DNA from: Octopus sinensis
Lineage: Eukaryota
Length of the DNA: 64,000 bases
Reading direction: 5' to 3'
Assembly: GCF_006345805.1 (NCBI RefSeq)
Contig: NC_043019.1
Coordinates: forward strand, 22,877,360-22,941,359
The position numbers and the translations under genes are program-made. Shown piece after piece: positions 60,485-64,000 of this stretch (position 1 is the stretch's first letter; each line of letters opens with the position of its first letter). The notes under the pieces are model-generated. The model was not told the DNA's origin. It did no database searches and saw only the letters and a program-made list of their open reading frames with translations.

Positions 60485-62837
60485 TATATATATATATGTA
60501 TGTATGTATGTATGTATATGTATATGTGTATATATTTGTGTGTCTGTGTTTGTCCCGCCCACCACTATCGCTTGACAACCAATGCTGGCGTGTCCACGTC
60601 ACTGTAACTTAGCAGTTCGGCAAAAGAGACTGATAGGATAAGTACTAGGCTTACAAAGTATAAGTTCTGCAGTTGATTTGTTCAATTAAAGGTGGTGCTC
60701 CAGTATGAACACAGTCGAATGACTGAAATCCACTCACATAGCTTTGGTTGCCACAAAGCTATTGTAGATGGCGTCTGCCCAGGGCACCATGCAATGGGAC
60801 TGAAACCAGGATCATGTGATTTCGAAGCAAACCATTTAGTAACACAGCCATGCCTGTACATATTTATTACAAGAGAAATATGTATCCTGCAGCTATAATG
60901 AAAACAGATTTTCCATACAAGACATCTTAGTACAGATGATTATATATATATACACTGACATACACACACACGCACACACACACACACATACACACACACA
61001 CATATATACATATACATAATTATATATATATATATCTCCCTTTCTGTCTATCTCTATCAATACATATACAAATATGCATGCACACGCATGCATATATATA
61101 TGCATATATATATGTATGTGTGTGTGTGTATGTATATATATATATATATATTTATGTATCTATGCATGTATGTATGTATATATAATATATATATATATAT
61201 GTATGTATATATATATATGCAAATACATGCATACATACATGCGTACATACATGCATGCATACATGCATGCATGTATGCATACATACATACATATATACAT
61301 GCATACATACAAACATATATATATATATATATATGCACACGCATTTATATATACGTATATGTGTATATGTATTGATATAGAGAAAGACAGGAAGAGAGAT
61401 AAAGAAACAAAAAAAGAAATGTAAAGAATAAAAGCAAAGAGAAAAACGAAAGAGAGAGAAAAGAGAAAGAAAAGAGGAGAGAAGCAAAGGTAAATCTAAT
61501 GGATTCCAAATTGCCTGGAACAATGTAAAAGAGGGATTGGTACGGAACATAAGGGAATAATGCTTTTGTCCAAAGATACCAGCGTACACCATTTATTTCT
61601 CAACTGGATCCTTCTTGTATAATGTTTTACACCCTGGTAAACTTTGGAAGGAGAGGGATATATATATATATACATGGGATTTCAGACTGGCTATTGTTTA
61701 ATATCAATGACATATATACCTGTACACGCGAGTGCGTATGCACACACATACATAATATGTGTATATATCATCGTGTGTGTATATGTATAAATATATGTTT
61801 GATAGTATAGACACTCAAAATATATATATATAATATATATATAATATATATATATATATATGCATACATGTGCACACGCATATATCAATACATACATACA
61901 TACATATGTATGTATATATGTAAGTATGCATATATGTATGTATGTATGTTATGTATGTATGTATGTGTGTGTATGTATGTATGTATGTGTGCGTGAATGT
62001 GTGTGTATATGTATATTTATATATATTAGTTATTATTTGATGTTCTAGCAAGACATCCATTTTAAGTTGGACACACACACACATGCACACTCACACACAC
62101 ACATATAGTTAGATATATATATACACACTCACACACATACAGATACACATATTTATGCATAAATATATACATATACACGTAAATCTATATACATACATAT
62201 ATATACACACACACACACACCCACCCACACATGCCATAAGCCCCTTTAAGAAGCCCAAATGCAAACGCATCTATATTACTATAATATATCATTAAATATC
62301 GATCAAACCACAGATAGGAACAGTACCATGAATCTGCAATAAATTGGAGGACCAAGGCAACCACTTACTTACCAGATGACCACTCTCATTAGTCGATTTG
62401 CTCGACTAAAGACGGTGCTCCAGCATGGCCACAGTCAAATGACTGAAACAAGTAAAAGAGTAAAGAGTAGAAGTGTGCAAGAAAAAAAATACATCATTTT
62501 CCATTTTACTGATAGTTTTGTTTCATTTTGAAAGATAAAAATTTATGGCGGTGCCCCAGCATGGCCACAGCTCGTGAGATGAAACTAGATAGAATTAAAA
62601 AAAAAAAATTTATGCTATAATTTATTATCAGGGAGTGGCTTCTTTACCTCAAACTCTGTGTGCATATATCTTTCCCTCAAACCTTGTATGTATATATCAT
62701 TCAGAAAATAACCATTTCCATGTGTTTAAATAATTTCTGAAATAAACATACATTTCATTTCAAAGGCTCCAAGGAAACTCTTAGATGTTGCACATGCATT
62801 CAGCTCCGAGTGCACTGCATCTTGTGGCAGAAACAGC

Positions 62838-63229
62838 TCTTTTACTTTCTTTACTCTTTTATTTGTTTCAGTCATTTGACTGTGGCCAGTTGGAGCACCG
62901 CCTTTAGTCGAGCAAATCGACCCCAGGACTTATTCTATCAGTCTGTTTTGCTGAACCCCGAAGTTACGGGGACGTAAACACACCAGCATCGGTTGTCAAG
63001 CGATGTTGGGGGGACAAACACAGACACACAACCATATATACACACACACATATATATATATATATACAATGGGCTTCTTTCAGTTTCCGTCTACCAAATC
63101 CACTCACAAGGCTTTGGTCGGCCCGCGGCTATAGTAGAAGACACTTGCCCAAGGTGCCACGTAGTGGGACTGAACCCGGAACCGTGTGGTTGGTAAGCAA
63201 GCTACTTACCACGCAGCCTCTCCTGTGCC
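62838..63229 (-). mobile_element. SINE family B, full length
   Basis: Colinear with other B copies. Confidence 0.9.
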
Positions 63230-63304
63230 TATGAGTTAACTTTCACCATGGCAAATTGTCCTCAACAGCACAATCTCTGGCAGTTCCTCTTCTGTGCTAT
63301 TTTA

Positions 63305-63405
63305 ATTTCAGTAACATCTAAATTCTCTCAGCATTTATCGTTAATACTATTTCAATAACATCTAAACTCGCTCAGCATTTATCGTAATACTATTTCAATT
63401 ACATC
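63305..63405. repeat. ~44-bp tandem repeat (2.3 copies)
   Basis: ATTTCA.TAACATCTAAA.TC.CTCAGCATTTATCGT(T)AATACT repeated. Confidence 0.85.
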
Positions 63406-63488
63406 AAGCACAGCGGTATTCACACTCTTTCAACCAGCAATGAAGTTGAGCATCAAAAATCTCAAAAGAATTTGACATTTTCTTTTAT

Positions 63489-64000
63489 GTGGCGAGCTGG
63501 CAGAAACGTTAGCACGCCGGGCGAAATGCGTGGCCGTATTTCGTCATCCGTTACGTTCTGAGTTCAAATTCCGCCGAGGTCAACTTTACCTTTCATTCTT
63601 TCGGGGTCGATAAATAAAGTACCAGTTATGTACTGGGGTCGATGTAATCGACTTAATCCCTTTGTCTGTCTTTGTTTGTCCCTACTATGTTTAGCCCCTT
63701 GTGGGCAATAAAGAAATAAGTATTTCGTCTGCCGTTATGTTGTGAGTTCAAATTCCGCTGAGGTCAACTTTACCTTTCATCTTCTCGGGGTCGATAAATA
63801 AAGTACCAGTTACATACTGGGGTCGATGTAATCGACTTAATCCCTTTGTCTGTCTTTGTTTGTCCCCACTATGTTTAGCCCCTTGTGGGCAATAAAGAAA
63901 TAAGTATTTCGTCTGCCGTTATGTTCTGAGTTCAAATTCCGCCAAGGTCGACTTTACCTTTCATCCTTTCGGAGTCGATAAATAAAGTACCAGTTACGTA
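63489..64000 (+). mobile_element. SINE A head-to-tail array (at least 3 units, 184-bp period, runs off the window)
   Basis: One head at about 63490; units restart at TATTTCGTCTGCC at 63721 and 63905. Confidence 0.92.

Noticed and set aside
63489-64000. Regularly spaced repeats suggesting a CRISPR array
   Set aside because: Whole 184-bp units are repeated with no unique spacers, the context is eukaryotic, and there are no cas genes.

Overview
This is AT-rich, microsatellite-saturated animal genomic DNA. The repeat families resemble those of Octopus/coleoid cephalopods; that is my recognition, not a database result. I can support no intact protein-coding, rRNA or true tRNA gene and no CRISPR array. 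Most of the ORF track is translated (TA)n/(TG)n/(GATA)n or antisense SINE sequence. The window contains: at least four SINE families (labelled A-D here); decayed L1/Tx1-like, RTE, CR1, Gypsy, mariner, maT (DD37D) and hAT fragments; several MITEs with readable TIRs and TSDs; a non-autonomous Helitron; short fold-back elements in (TA)n tracts, some with hammerhead-like motifs; a 1.1-kb tandem duplication; and a 100-N gap. The most notable signal is SINE family A. It forms head-to-tail multimers and chimeras with the same junction (GAAA-N4-TATTTCG) five times at three loci, always at the loop of its own head hairpin. One copy is flanked by a 160-bp direct duplication, and its 3' tail matches an L1/Tx1-like LINE remnant in the same window. 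CpG content drops after about 39.4 kb, just downstream of a promoter-like segment, which hints at a methylated gene body. All coordinates were read by eye.
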